Positions 8,739 to 18,030 of a DNA stretch of 64,000 nt are shown here, piece by piece. Under the pieces are notes generated by a model that saw only the letters and a program-made list of their open reading frames with translations, did not search any database and was not told the DNA's origin. A program made the translations under genes and the position numbers. This DNA comes from an uncultured Rhabdochlamydiaceae bacterium (GTDB lineage Bacteria > Chlamydiota > Chlamydiia > Chlamydiales > Rhabdochlamydiaceae), in NCBI GenBank assembly GCA_963712275.1, contig CAVQHD010000001.1, forward strand, positions 96,001 to 160,000, read 5' to 3'. Within the stretch, counting starts at the first letter, position 1. Every line of letters begins with the position of its first letter.

Positions 8739-10157
8739 GTAATAAGATTTATGTTCATGAGCTTTTCTTAAAATTAAAAGTACTGAGAGGATGGAATGAG
8801 ATCCATGGAAGTAGACGTTTCTTAATCCAGACGAAAGGTCATACCCAGTAGGATCTTGAGCAATTGCAATGCCAATAAGGGTAGGAACATTATTTGCAAA
8901 TTTCCAAAGCCCGCTGCCGCTGAGTCCTTCAAAGGAACTAATGACCTTTCTTCGCAGATTTCTTATTTCATATGTATGATTGCTCACCGGACATATGATA
9001 TAATCCACATTAGGCAATTGAAGATAGCTTGAAGCAACAAATGCATAAGGGCCTACATTCAATTGACATGTCTTACGGTCATCAGAATAGATGGGTTCAA
9101 TACCTCCCAGTGAAATAAGAGCATCCTGTAGTGAAAAACTCTGTGGTTCTTCAGGAATTTTATAGAAATCTTTGTAAATTTTCAATGTATTAAGAATCTC
9201 TGTGGAAGGAATGATGATAGCCAAATCTTTTGGTTGATGAGCAAGAACATCATCCAGCGTTTTATCATCAAAAGCAGGATCCCATTCAATCACAGTGAAA
9301 TTTTTGGCTAATTGGGCAGGATATTCCCTTCGAATATTATCAAATCGCAAAAGCATTCTCACAGATTTTGCTTTATGAAGAGCTCTGCTTACATGTGCTG
9401 CAGTCAATAGGAAGTATTCCGATTTGTATTGACACAGCACCGCTGTTCCAAACCCCTCTCCTTCTAAAAAGAGCCCAATCGTATACGGCTCTACCATTCG
9501 TCCTAAATCTGCCAATTGTACATTTGATCGAGTCCATACATCGTCGATTACTTTAGCAATGACTTCACGCATTTCCTGTGAGTCTGCAAATTTCTGAAGT
9601 TGTTCCATTTCCTGAAGAGTTGCAAGCCCTTTAATCAAGGACTTTTGGATTGCAAGATCGAGAACCGCAAATTCAATTTGTTCATATTGAGTTGTCCCTT
9701 CTCGAATGACATCAGCTAGTGTTCGAAGCGGCGTAGTGACGCGGTATCCTTGTCTAATTTCTATATCGGACGGTAAGATTTCATCGATGAAATGTAAACA
9801 GAGATTGCTTGGAATTTTAGTGCTTTTCCTAAAACCTTGAGGCACCGTCATGTGAAGCTTGGTAGGGGCAGCATCACTGAGTCCGTGGATGTCAAGAGCG
9901 GTTTCATGCGACCAAACACCCTGAGGATTGCCTTGCTTATCAGCGCTCCAAAGCGTCCAAAGAGCAAGCTCTGAACGTAAAGTAGATGGATAATTTGCAA
10001 GACGATAAATACCTCGAATCTCTTCTTTGCACCATTTTCCTGACCGTACTTTGCGATGAAAATTCGCGCGAGAAAAGCCACATTCTTCTGCTTGTCGGCT
10101 TGTAAAGTAACCGTACTGGTCCTCGGCAATTTGGAGAAGCCTACCCTCTTTATCCAT
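8730..10157 (-). CDS. AbiEi-family (type IV TA antitoxin) domain fused to a trypsin-like serine protease domain
   Basis: N-terminal half has IAEDQYGYFTSRQAE, RGIYRL, SHETALDIHGL and VTTPLRTLAD (AbiEi-like). C-terminal half has LLTAAHV, KDLAII and GLSGSGL (His/Asp/Ser triad pattern). Confidence 0.8.
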   Translation of the reverse strand: MDKEGRLLQIAEDQYGYFTSRQAEECGFSRANFHRKVRSGKWCKEEIRGIYRLANYPSTLRSELALWTLWSADKQGNPQGVWSHETALDIHGLSDAAPTKLHMTVPQGFRKSTKIPSNLCLHFIDEILPSDIEIRQGYRVTTPLRTLADVIREGTTQYEQIEFAVLDLAIQKSLIKGLATLQEMEQLQKFADSQEMREVIAKVIDDVWTRSNVQLADLGRMVEPYTIGLFLEGEGFGTAVLCQYKSEYFLLTAAHVSRALHKAKSVRMLLRFDNIRREYPAQLAKNFTVIEWDPAFDDKTLDDVLAHQPKDLAIIIPSTEILNTLKIYKDFYKIPEEPQSFSLQDALISLGGIEPIYSDDRKTCQLNVGPYAFVASSYLQLPNVDYIICPVSNHTYEIRNLRRKVISSFEGLSGSGLWKFANNVPTLIGIAIAQDPTGYDLSSGLRNVYFHGSHSILSVLLILRKAHEHKSYYSR

Positions 10158-10158
10158 A

Positions 10159-10239
10159 CACAAATGTTATCAAAAGCATAACATTTATGTAAATTTATCC
10201 ATTTTTTGCACAAATGTTATGCTTTTGATAACATTTGTG
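10159..10239. promoter_or_regulatory. Two palindromic operators AAATGTTAT-N7-ATAACATTT in inverted orientation directly upstream of the AbiEi-protease gene
   Basis: 10159-10189 CACAAATGTTATCAAAAGCATAACATTTATG and 10209-10239 CACAAATGTTATGCTTTTGATAACATTTGTG; their spacers are reverse complements. Confidence 0.75.
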
Positions 10240-10259
10240 CAGATTTATCTATAAGCTCT

Positions 10260-11114
10260 TTATTTTAAGTCATTTAACTCTGAGATCCCCACGACACGAA
10301 GAAACCGGTCGTGCGCCGAGAAGTCTTGGATAAGTGTTGCAGAACCCCACGAGTTGAATAGAGACTTAGTCTTATCTCCCATCCCAGCCCCTATTTCGAA
10401 ATAAACCGTCGCTCCCGGGTTTAAAAGCAGAGGAAGCTCTTCTGCAAGCCGGTTGTAAAATTCATACCCTGCGGCGCCTCCTACAAGGGCCATTTTGGGC
10501 TCCCACTTGCGAACTTCAGGATCAAGTTTGAGGTAATCTTCTTCTGAAACATACGGAGGGTTGCAGATGACGACATCTGCCTTGCTTCCCTTGAAAGGAG
10601 ATGTTAAATCCCCCTCTCTTACTTCGACATCGACCTCATTACATACCGCATTCTTCATTGCCTGCGTGGCCGCTTTAGAAGAGAGGTCTGATAAAATCAC
10701 CGTGCAATCAGGCCGCTTTTTTTTGATCGAAATTCCGATACATCCAGAGCCGCAGCAGAGATCCCAAATGATCACAGGTCGTGTAGGGAGCTCCTTCAGA
10801 ACCATCTCTGCTAAAATCTCTGTCTCTTGGCGAGGGATTAATACATCTGGGGTGAGCGCAATTTCGCAACCTAAAAATTCTACCTTCCCCACAATATATT
10901 GCCACGGCATTCTCTCCCCTCGCCGCTTAAGAAAAGCCCTCAACCGATCGAGCTCCTGAGATTCTAGGGGCCGATCAAATTGGAGGTAAAGCTCAATCCT
11001 TGGCAGCCCAAGAACATGCGAGAGCAGCTCTTCAACTTGGCGACGAGGGTGATCGATTCCCTTCCGCGCTAAATAGTCTGCAGAAAGCTTAAGCACCTCA
11101 CCGATCGTTTTCAT
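10260..11114 (-). CDS. prmC: Release factor glutamine methyltransferase
   Basis: [18 protein letters not shown] and NPPY motifs; follows prfA; ATG at 11114. Confidence 0.95.
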   Translation of the reverse strand: MKTIGEVLKLSADYLARKGIDHPRRQVEELLSHVLGLPRIELYLQFDRPLESQELDRLRAFLKRRGERMPWQYIVGKVEFLGCEIALTPDVLIPRQETEILAEMVLKELPTRPVIIWDLCCGSGCIGISIKKKRPDCTVILSDLSSKAATQAMKNAVCNEVDVEVREGDLTSPFKGSKADVVICNPPYVSEEDYLKLDPEVRKWEPKMALVGGAAGYEFYNRLAEELPLLLNPGATVYFEIGAGMGDKTKSLFNSWGSATLIQDFSAHDRFLRVVGISELNDLK

Positions 11115-12192
11115 CGGCGATGAGTTTTTGTTCATAGAAATAGGCGACAAGTGGCTGTGTAAAATCATCGAGTTTTCCACCTAGCACATCGACAAGGTTG
11201 TACAACGTGAGATGAATACGGTGATCGGTGACCCGATTCTGCGGAAAATTATACGTTCGAATTTTCTCAGACCGATCCCCTGATCCCACTTGGGAAGAAC
11301 GCAAAGAGGCCATCTCTTCTTGCTCTTTACGCCGTTTTTCCTCAATGATTTTAGCCGAAAGAAGCCGCATCGCCTTTTCCCGATTTTTATGCTGGCTCCG
11401 TTCATCTTGACACGTGACAACTGCCCCCGATGGAAGATGGGTGATGCGAACTGCCGAGTCGGTGGTATTCACATGCTGCCCTCCTGCGCCAGAGGCACGG
11501 TAGGTCTCGATGCGAAGCTCTTTTTGATCGATTTGAAGCTGCTCTTCCTCCGTCGGCTCCGGAAGAACCGCCACCGTCACTGCAGACGTGTGGATTCTTC
11601 CCTGAGCTTCTGTTTCAGGAACCCTCTGAACTCGATGCGTTCCTGCCTCGTGCTGCAAAAGACGAAACACCTGCTGACCGGAAATAGCCATGATATATTC
11701 TTTAAATCCCCCACGCTCGGAAGGAGCTGCAGAAAGAGCTTCGTATTTCCACCCTTTTTTATCAGCATAACACTTATACATCCGAACGCAGTCACCGACA
11801 AAAATGGCTGCTTCATCCCCCCCCGTTCCCGCTCGGATCTCTAAAATCACATTTCGATTATCGAGAGGATCGGGAGGAACAAGAAGTGTTTCCAATTCAA
11901 CTTTAAGACGTTGAAGAGAGGCAGAAAGGGTGGTGATTTCATCCTGAACAAGCTGGACCAGCTCGGGATCTGTTTCGGTCTTAAGAAGGAGCTCATTATC
12001 TTGAAGCTGCTGAGAGGAACTTTCGATTTTATCAACGGCTTCTTTAACGTCGCCTAAGTACGCATGCTCCTGCGTCAGCTCGCGGTAACGAGCCTGATCA
12101 CTGAGCACGTCAGGCTGACCCAGCAGCTCTTCCACCGTTTGGAAACGGCTGAGCATGCCTTGAATTCTCCTCTTCAGCCGTTCATCAATCAT
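11098..12192 (-). CDS. prfA: Peptide chain release factor 1
   Basis: [17 protein letters not shown] (PxT), GAGGQHVN and [14 protein letters not shown] motifs. Confidence 0.97.
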   Translation of the reverse strand: MIDERLKRRIQGMLSRFQTVEELLGQPDVLSDQARYRELTQEHAYLGDVKEAVDKIESSSQQLQDNELLLKTETDPELVQLVQDEITTLSASLQRLKVELETLLVPPDPLDNRNVILEIRAGTGGDEAAIFVGDCVRMYKCYADKKGWKYEALSAAPSERGGFKEYIMAISGQQVFRLLQHEAGTHRVQRVPETEAQGRIHTSAVTVAVLPEPTEEEQLQIDQKELRIETYRASGAGGQHVNTTDSAVRITHLPSGAVVTCQDERSQHKNREKAMRLLSAKIIEEKRRKEQEEMASLRSSQVGSGDRSEKIRTYNFPQNRVTDHRIHLTLYNLVDVLGGKLDDFTQPLVAYFYEQKLIADENDR

Positions 12193-12516
12193 TTATTTAG
12201 AAGAAGGCTTCTTTCGCACAACTTTCTTTTTCCCTTTTTCAGGGGCCTCAGCGGCTTTTGCTTCTTGGGGTTGCTGCTTCATCTGGTACCGTTTTTGGAA
12301 CTTGCCAACCCGGCCTTCAGAATCCACAAACTTCCCTTCTCCTGTGAAGAAAGGATGTGACGCAGAGGTCACAGATTGATAAGAAACTGGATACTCTTTC
12401 CCCTCAAACTCTTCACGCTCTTTCGGTTGAAGAGTGGATCCACACAGAAATTTCGTTCCCGTCCCCGAATCCACAAATAGGATCTCTTGATAGGGAGGAT
12501 GGATCTTTTCTTTCAT
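12193..12516 (-). CDS. rpmE: 50S ribosomal protein L31 type B
   Basis: MKEKIHPPY and [19 protein letters not shown] motifs; basic C-terminal tail. Confidence 0.93.
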   Translation of the reverse strand: MKEKIHPPYQEILFVDSGTGTKFLCGSTLQPKEREEFEGKEYPVSYQSVTSASHPFFTGEGKFVDSEGRVGKFQKRYQMKQQPQEAKAAEAPEKGKKKVVRKKPSSK

Positions 12517-12687
12517 AGTCGTCTCTCTTTTTAAGGTTCTTATTTAAGACGATTCCCCCATTAAAGACAAGATTTTTTACACACGATAATAAACACGTTT
12601 GCTCAATAGTAGTTATGCAGGAAGTCAACCTGTAGTTGAAAAATTAAATACAAAAAAACAAAGAAATTTTTTAACTTCTAGTTCGAT

Positions 12688-14022
12688 TCAGAACCATCCT
12701 TGCTGCCACTTCTCAAACTCTGACGGTCTTAATCCGTAACGAGCACTGTTTCCTTCCTGTAAATTCATCAGCTCGGTTTCAACAACTTCAACGAATTTCA
12801 TCCGATCGGCCGCTGGAACTTTGTCTTTTGCCTGCTTTCGAATGAAAGCCGTGGCCAATTTCTTATTCATTCGTCCACATACAACTAATGCAACTGTCTC
12901 TTTCCTCAAAGCTCTATACCGGACACGAAATGGATCAGGATCTCCAAGCGTTTTCCGAGCGGCTGAGTACCGTAGGCAAGATCGTTCATAAGCCCACGCG
13001 AATACTTCAGCTAAAAGCTCAATCCGGTTGAGTTCATAAACTCCCAAAAGACCATTGATGTAGATTCGCTCAGGAACGTCAATAAAGGACAATGGGCAAA
13101 GATTTTCTCGCATGAATGGCAAATTGGCTGCCAGGCGAGAAACTCTTTTATTGACATCTTCAAACGGTTGAAGATAAGGAAGGTACACCATGAGGAAAAA
13201 GGCTTGTTCAAACGGATCTTTTATCCTATTTGCTGTATGGACAATCTGCTCAAAACATTCGTCGATGAGTTGAGGCACTGCAAGCGGCCGATAGACCGAC
13301 CCGCCAATCCCGACAGCAATCTGGCGAAGAGCTCCGCAAGAGCGATCCTGGAGAAGATCATCGGCTAAGAGTGCATGAATGTTCAGAATAACATACCGAT
13401 TAATTCCTGCATCAACCGCTGATTCTAACAAAAATTCAATAGCTGCCTTGTGATTTAAAATCATTTGGGTCTCGCGCCTATCTTTCCCTTCAGCTGCTTC
13501 CCCCAATTCTAATAGCCGCTCGGTTTCCAAAAGAGAATAGGTGTTTCCTTCAAGACGACTGGAATTCCACGATAAGTCAATCAGCAGCCGACTATAAATT
13601 TGGCGGGCGTACGTTCCTGCTGGACGGTTTCCATCTGTTTTTCCCAATTCAAATAATTTCTTCCTTAATGACTCTGAGAGGTAATACGTCTCATTGGGGT
13701 GATACCGATCGAGAAATTTTCTTGAATAGGTCGCACTCTTTCTTTCCTGAAGTGGACGACTTACGGCCAGGTTAATCGACTGGGAAGCAGTTGATAAAGG
13801 GATTTCGTCCACCACCTTCTCAGGAAGGCGAAATCTTCGCCCCTTGGTTCGCCCTTCAGCCACCAGGCGCCCGCTTTTGACTAGAGCAGCCAATCGATGC
13901 TGCACCGTCCGGCGAGCCGGAGGAGGATTCAACCCGACAAGAATTTCCTCTACTGACGCTCCACTAGGAAATCTACTGACGATTTCTAAAATGAGCTCAA
14001 TCTGTGTACCCTGCCTTGGCAT
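12688..14022 (-). CDS. Fic-family protein with N-terminal winged HTH and a variant catalytic motif
   Basis: RRTVQHRLAALVKSGRL HTH, SSRLEGN inhibitory motif, YLQPFEDVNKRVSR variant Fic motif. Confidence 0.88.
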   Translation of the reverse strand: MPRQGTQIELILEIVSRFPSGASVEEILVGLNPPPARRTVQHRLAALVKSGRLVAEGRTKGRRFRLPEKVVDEIPLSTASQSINLAVSRPLQERKSATYSRKFLDRYHPNETYYLSESLRKKLFELGKTDGNRPAGTYARQIYSRLLIDLSWNSSRLEGNTYSLLETERLLELGEAAEGKDRRETQMILNHKAAIEFLLESAVDAGINRYVILNIHALLADDLLQDRSCGALRQIAVGIGGSVYRPLAVPQLIDECFEQIVHTANRIKDPFEQAFFLMVYLPYLQPFEDVNKRVSRLAANLPFMRENLCPLSFIDVPERIYINGLLGVYELNRIELLAEVFAWAYERSCLRYSAARKTLGDPDPFRVRYRALRKETVALVVCGRMNKKLATAFIRKQAKDKVPAADRMKFVEVVETELMNLQEGNSARYGLRPSEFEKWQQGWF

Positions 14023-14053
14023 GCGTTATGTACTCTTTTTGCACTCCAGCATA

Positions 14054-14112
14054 TTGCGCAATAATTTATTGCGCAAGATAATGTTGCGCAATAAAGACGA
14101 AAAGTTGCGCAA
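14054..14112. promoter_or_regulatory. Four TTGCGCAA palindromes upstream of the HTH-Fic gene
   Basis: TTGCGCAA at 14054, 14069, 14084 and 14105 (spacing 15, 15, 21). Confidence 0.65.
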
Positions 14113-14200
14113 TCGGCGTCATTTCCTTGGAATTGGTAGGCGATAGGCTTGGATTTATACCCAATAAAGCGCTAAACTGTTGTCTTAAAAAGAGGAATTC

Positions 14201-14776
14201 ATGGCAACTTCAAGCACCGTTTTGCACAGCAGCCACTCCGTAGCTAAAACATTCAATATCAAAGTACCAAGAGTTTCCTTTACTCCTTTTGTCTTGCCAG
14301 CGCTCGTAACAGCCAGCGGCATTGCCTTAACGACCATCAGTTTTATACCATTTGAGACAACAAGAATTTTTACAGATACAAACTGGATTGCTCGTAGGTC
14401 CATAGAAATATTGAAATTTGGCGCTTTTCCAAAGATTACGGGATGCATCTTGACCCTAGTTGGAGGCTTACTTTTATACAAAGCGGGGGAAAATTATCGA
14501 ATAAAAACATTTAAGCAAGAAACAACTCTCATCGATCAACTACAGCAAAAACTTCGGCCCCTCTTAAAAGACAATGAGCTGTTTGCCGTTCGCTTCTTAT
14601 CTCAAAAAGTTTGTGCTTTTTCAACTCACTATCATTTAATAAACGGTTGGACTTGGACGAAAGAGACAAGAAGCTCATTGGACGTATGGCTTGAAACGGT
14701 CAGAAAAAGGTTTAATAAAGACAGAAAGTTTGTCACCTTAGACATCCTTACCGCCCGCCTTTCCCAGCAAACCTAG
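14201..14776 (+). CDS. Hypothetical membrane protein with two hydrophobic segments
   Basis: GAGG RBS, Ser/Thr-rich N-terminus, two hydrophobic stretches. Confidence 0.7.
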   Translation: MATSSTVLHSSHSVAKTFNIKVPRVSFTPFVLPALVTASGIALTTISFIPFETTRIFTDTNWIARRSIEILKFGAFPKITGCILTLVGGLLLYKAGENYRIKTFKQETTLIDQLQQKLRPLLKDNELFAVRFLSQKVCAFSTHYHLINGWTWTKETRSSLDVWLETVRKRFNKDRKFVTLDILTARLSQQT

Positions 14777-14977
14777 TCTTGCCCTGTAAGCCATCCTGGC
14801 AGCCATGAGCCCTTCTAAAACCCCCTCTTCGTACCGGAAGTAGGGGTTATTCTCGAGGAGTGGAAAATCGTTGGGCTGTAGAAGATCATCCTCTGTGAGG
14901 TGAGGCACAATGGAGTCGGCACACCGGCGGACTTTTAGTTTTTGAAGCTCGATAAGCTGGTCAAAGATCTCTTCCAT
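14738..14977 (-). CDS. Small hypothetical protein, likely conserved in chlamydiae, downstream of tadA
   Basis: Starts directly after the tadA stop; DLLQPNDFPLLENNPYFRYEEGVLEG; position resembles the chlamydial pnp-rpsO-tadA-hypothetical block. Confidence 0.75.
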   Translation of the reverse strand: MEEIFDQLIELQKLKVRRCADSIVPHLTEDDLLQPNDFPLLENNPYFRYEEGVLEGLMAARMAYRARLGLLGKAGGKDV

Positions 14978-14978
14978 A

Positions 14979-15467
14979 TTAGGCCTCTTGCGTCTTAGTT
15001 ATGCAAGAGGTCTTTCTCCTTGATTGAAAGAAAAATTTGATGAGAGCGGACGACTCCTCTGCCATGATGCCGGAGGTGATTTGAACGGTATGAATGGGGT
15101 GTTTTTTACCTAAAAGGTCGATGAAGCTCCCGCCTGCTCCTTGCCGGAGGTCAGGGGCTCCCCAGACGACTCGATCCACCCTCGATGAAATGAGCGCGCC
15201 TGCGCACATGGGGCACGGCTCTAGGGTTGTATAGAGGGTGCATCCTGTGAGCCTCCAATTTTTGAGTAAGAGGGCCCCTTGTTTCACGCACAAAAGTTCG
15301 GCGTGAGCTGTCGCATCAACTAAAGATTCCACTTGGTTAAAGGCCGAAGCAATCACCTCGTTCTGATAAACAAGGACGGCCCCGACCGGCACTTCTCCCT
15401 TTTTAAAACCGTTCTCGGCTTCCTTAAAGGCGGCTTGCATAAAAAAGAAATCCTCTTGTTTTTCCAT
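14979..15467 (-). CDS. tadA: tRNA adenosine(34) deaminase
   Basis: EVPVGAV, AHAE and TLEPCPMCAGA motifs. Confidence 0.94.
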   Translation of the reverse strand: MEKQEDFFFMQAAFKEAENGFKKGEVPVGAVLVYQNEVIASAFNQVESLVDATAHAELLCVKQGALLLKNWRLTGCTLYTTLEPCPMCAGALISSRVDRVVWGAPDLRQGAGGSFIDLLGKKHPIHTVQITSGIMAEESSALIKFFFQSRRKTSCITKTQEA

Positions 15468-15565
15468 TCCAAAACAGGATAGACAAAAGTAACGATTGAT
15501 TCAATATATCGATCTGGGTTATAATACGGCCGTATCAGTTATACCCTCCCGAGGAGAATCCCCTG

Positions 15566-15835
15566 ATGTCATTAGATAAAGGCACAAAAGAAGAAATTAC
15601 AAAAAAGTTTCAACTTCATGAGAAAGATACTGGATCTGCCGATGTTCAAATTGCGATTTTGACAGAAAGAGTCACAGAACTCTCAGATCATTGTAAAACC
15701 GCTCCTAAAGATCGCGGTTCCCGTCTTGCTCTCGTCAAGCTCGTTGGCCAACGTCGCAAACTTTTGGACTATTTAAATTCAACGGACACGAAGCGGTACC
15801 AAAGTTTGATCACTCGCTTAAATCTTCGCAAATAA
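15566..15835 (+). CDS. rpsO: 30S ribosomal protein S15
   Basis: [13 protein letters not shown] and [12 protein letters not shown]; 89 aa; upstream of pnp. Confidence 0.97.
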   Translation: MSLDKGTKEEITKKFQLHEKDTGSADVQIAILTERVTELSDHCKTAPKDRGSRLALVKLVGQRRKLLDYLNSTDTKRYQSLITRLNLRK

Positions 15836-15918
15836 GAGGTCCCCTCATCTCTTGCGAGGGGAAAATTTGTTGTGTATATCCTTCCTCTCCTGTATAATTC
15901 GACCAAAAAAAAGGATCT

Positions 15919-18030
15919 ATGAATAAATTTTCACGTACAATTTCTGTTGCTGGGCGCGATTTGGTATTTGAAACAGGCAAGCTTGCAAAGCTTGCCCACG
16001 GCTCTGTCACTCTTCAATCTGGCGAAACCATCCTGCTGGCAACCGCTTGCCGAGGCATGGTCCCCTCCGCTGAAACCGATTTTCTTCCTTTACGAGTGGA
16101 CTACCAGGAAAAATTTTCCTCCGCAGGAAAAACGCTTGGAGGGTTCATTAAGCGGGAAGGGAAGCCGTCAGAACGGGAGACACTCATCAGCCGTTTGATC
16201 GACCGTCCGATCCGCCCTATGTTCATCGATGGCTATTTTCACGATCTGCAGCTGCTTGTCTACGTCCTCTCTTATGATGGCGTGCATGTTCCAGATCCGC
16301 TTGCGATCTGCGCAGCCTCTGCAGCTCTTGTCATCTCTGATATTCCATTAATTAAGCCGATTGCAGCTGTTCGCGTAGCCCACGTTAACGGAGAGTTCAT
16401 CATTAACCCAACCTTCCAAGAAATGGAAAAATCCCGTCTTGACTTGGTCCTTGCTGGGACAGAAGATGCGCTCCTTATGATCGAAGGGTATGCCGACTTT
16501 CTTACCGAAGAACAAATCCTAGGAGCAATTCAAGAAGGGCATGGCGCTATCCGAACCATCTGCCAAGGCTTAAGCGAATGGCAAAAAGTCATCGGAAAAC
16601 CAAAAATCCATGGCGAGCTCCGCCTTCCTTCTGAAGATCTACTAAAACAAATCCATGCACTTGTGGGCAGTGATCTCAAATCAGCTTTCCGCATCAAAGA
16701 AAAGCAACTCCGCAATGATGCTCTGGAAGCTGCCGAAGAAAAAGTCATGGCAACGTTCTTCAAAGAAGAGGAAAAACCTCTCCACCCAAAAGTGCTCGTT
16801 AAAATGGGCTTTAAGAAAGTCTCTTCGGATGTGATGCGAGAGATGATTGTACAAAGTCGTGTTCGAGCCGATGGACGATCTCCTGATCAAATCCGTCATA
16901 TTTCTGTCGAAGCGGGAATCCTTCCAAGAACTCATGGAAGCGCTCTTTTCACCCGCGGCGAGACGCAAGCTCTAGCTGTGTGCACCCTGGGCGGAGAATC
17001 GATGGCTCAGCGGTATGAAACTCTTGAAGGGGACAGCAGCCGCAGGTTCTATCTCCAATATTTCTTCCCTCCTTTCTCTGTAGGAGAGGTCGGTCGAATG
17101 GGAACCCCAGGACGACGAGAAATCGGCCATGGAAAGCTCGCCGAGAGATCACTTAGCGCAGTACTCCCTTCCCAAGAGAAGTTCCCTTATGTGATTCGCC
17201 TAGAGTCCAACATTCTTGAATCCAACGGCTCTTCATCGATGGCTTCTGTCTGCGGAGGATGCCTTGCTCTAATGGATGCAGGGGTTCCCATTAAGCGGCC
17301 CGTCTCTGGAATTGCCATGGGATTAATTCTGCAAGGCACTCACTTTGTCATCCTATCTGATATTCTCGGGGATGAAGATGCTCTAGGCGATATGGACTTT
17401 AAGATTGCCGGAGACCATGAAGGAATCTCTGCTTTTCAGCTCGATATCAAAGTGGAAGGGATCACTCCCCAAATTATGAAGGCTGCGATTTTACAGGCAA
17501 AAGAGGGACGGATTCATATCTTGAACAAAATGCTTGAGATTTGCCCTAAGTCGAAAGACCACCTCTCGCAATATGCACCTCGTATTGAAACCGTTCAAGT
17601 GAAACCGAGTAAAATTGGGACTGTTATTGGTCCAGGTGGAAAGCAGATCCGTGCTATCATCGAAGAATCGGGCGCCGATATCGACATCGATGACAGTGGA
17701 GTCATCAGTATTTCAGCAAGCAGCGTAGAATCGATTGAAAAAGCCAAAGCGATGATTCATAACCTCACCGCAGAAGTAGAAGTCGACAAGGTCTATAAAG
17801 GGCAAGTTGTCGCCATTAAAGATTTTGGGGCTTTTGTTAAAATCTTTGACCAAGAAGGGCTTTTACATATTTCAGATTTTGACCACAGACGCATTCACGA
17901 TATGCATGAGGTCTGTAAGATCGGTGATATGATCGATGTTCTCGTCATCGCTAAAAATGATCGAGGGCAGATTAAGCTCAGCCGAAAGGCTCTGCTCCCC
18001 CCTCCCGTCCACGCCGCAACAAGAGATTAA
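15919..18030 (+). CDS. pnp: Polyribonucleotide nucleotidyltransferase
   Basis: Two RNase PH domains (HGSALFTRGETQ, ESNGSSSMAS, GDMDFK), KH and S1 domains. Confidence 0.97.
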   Translation: MNKFSRTISVAGRDLVFETGKLAKLAHGSVTLQSGETILLATACRGMVPSAETDFLPLRVDYQEKFSSAGKTLGGFIKREGKPSERETLISRLIDRPIRPMFIDGYFHDLQLLVYVLSYDGVHVPDPLAICAASAALVISDIPLIKPIAAVRVAHVNGEFIINPTFQEMEKSRLDLVLAGTEDALLMIEGYADFLTEEQILGAIQEGHGAIRTICQGLSEWQKVIGKPKIHGELRLPSEDLLKQIHALVGSDLKSAFRIKEKQLRNDALEAAEEKVMATFFKEEEKPLHPKVLVKMGFKKVSSDVMREMIVQSRVRADGRSPDQIRHISVEAGILPRTHGSALFTRGETQALAVCTLGGESMAQRYETLEGDSSRRFYLQYFFPPFSVGEVGRMGTPGRREIGHGKLAERSLSAVLPSQEKFPYVIRLESNILESNGSSSMASVCGGCLALMDAGVPIKRPVSGIAMGLILQGTHFVILSDILGDEDALGDMDFKIAGDHEGISAFQLDIKVEGITPQIMKAAILQAKEGRIHILNKMLEICPKSKDHLSQYAPRIETVQVKPSKIGTVIGPGGKQIRAIIEESGADIDIDDSGVISISASSVESIEKAKAMIHNLTAEVEVDKVYKGQVVAIKDFGAFVKIFDQEGLLHISDFDHRRIHDMHEVCKIGDMIDVLVIAKNDRGQIKLSRKALLPPPVHAATRD

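Noticed and set aside
14054..14112. Regularly spaced repeats suggestive of a CRISPR array
   Set aside because: 8-bp units with 7-13-bp gaps are too short and no cas genes are present. Treated as operators. No CRISPR array was found in the window.
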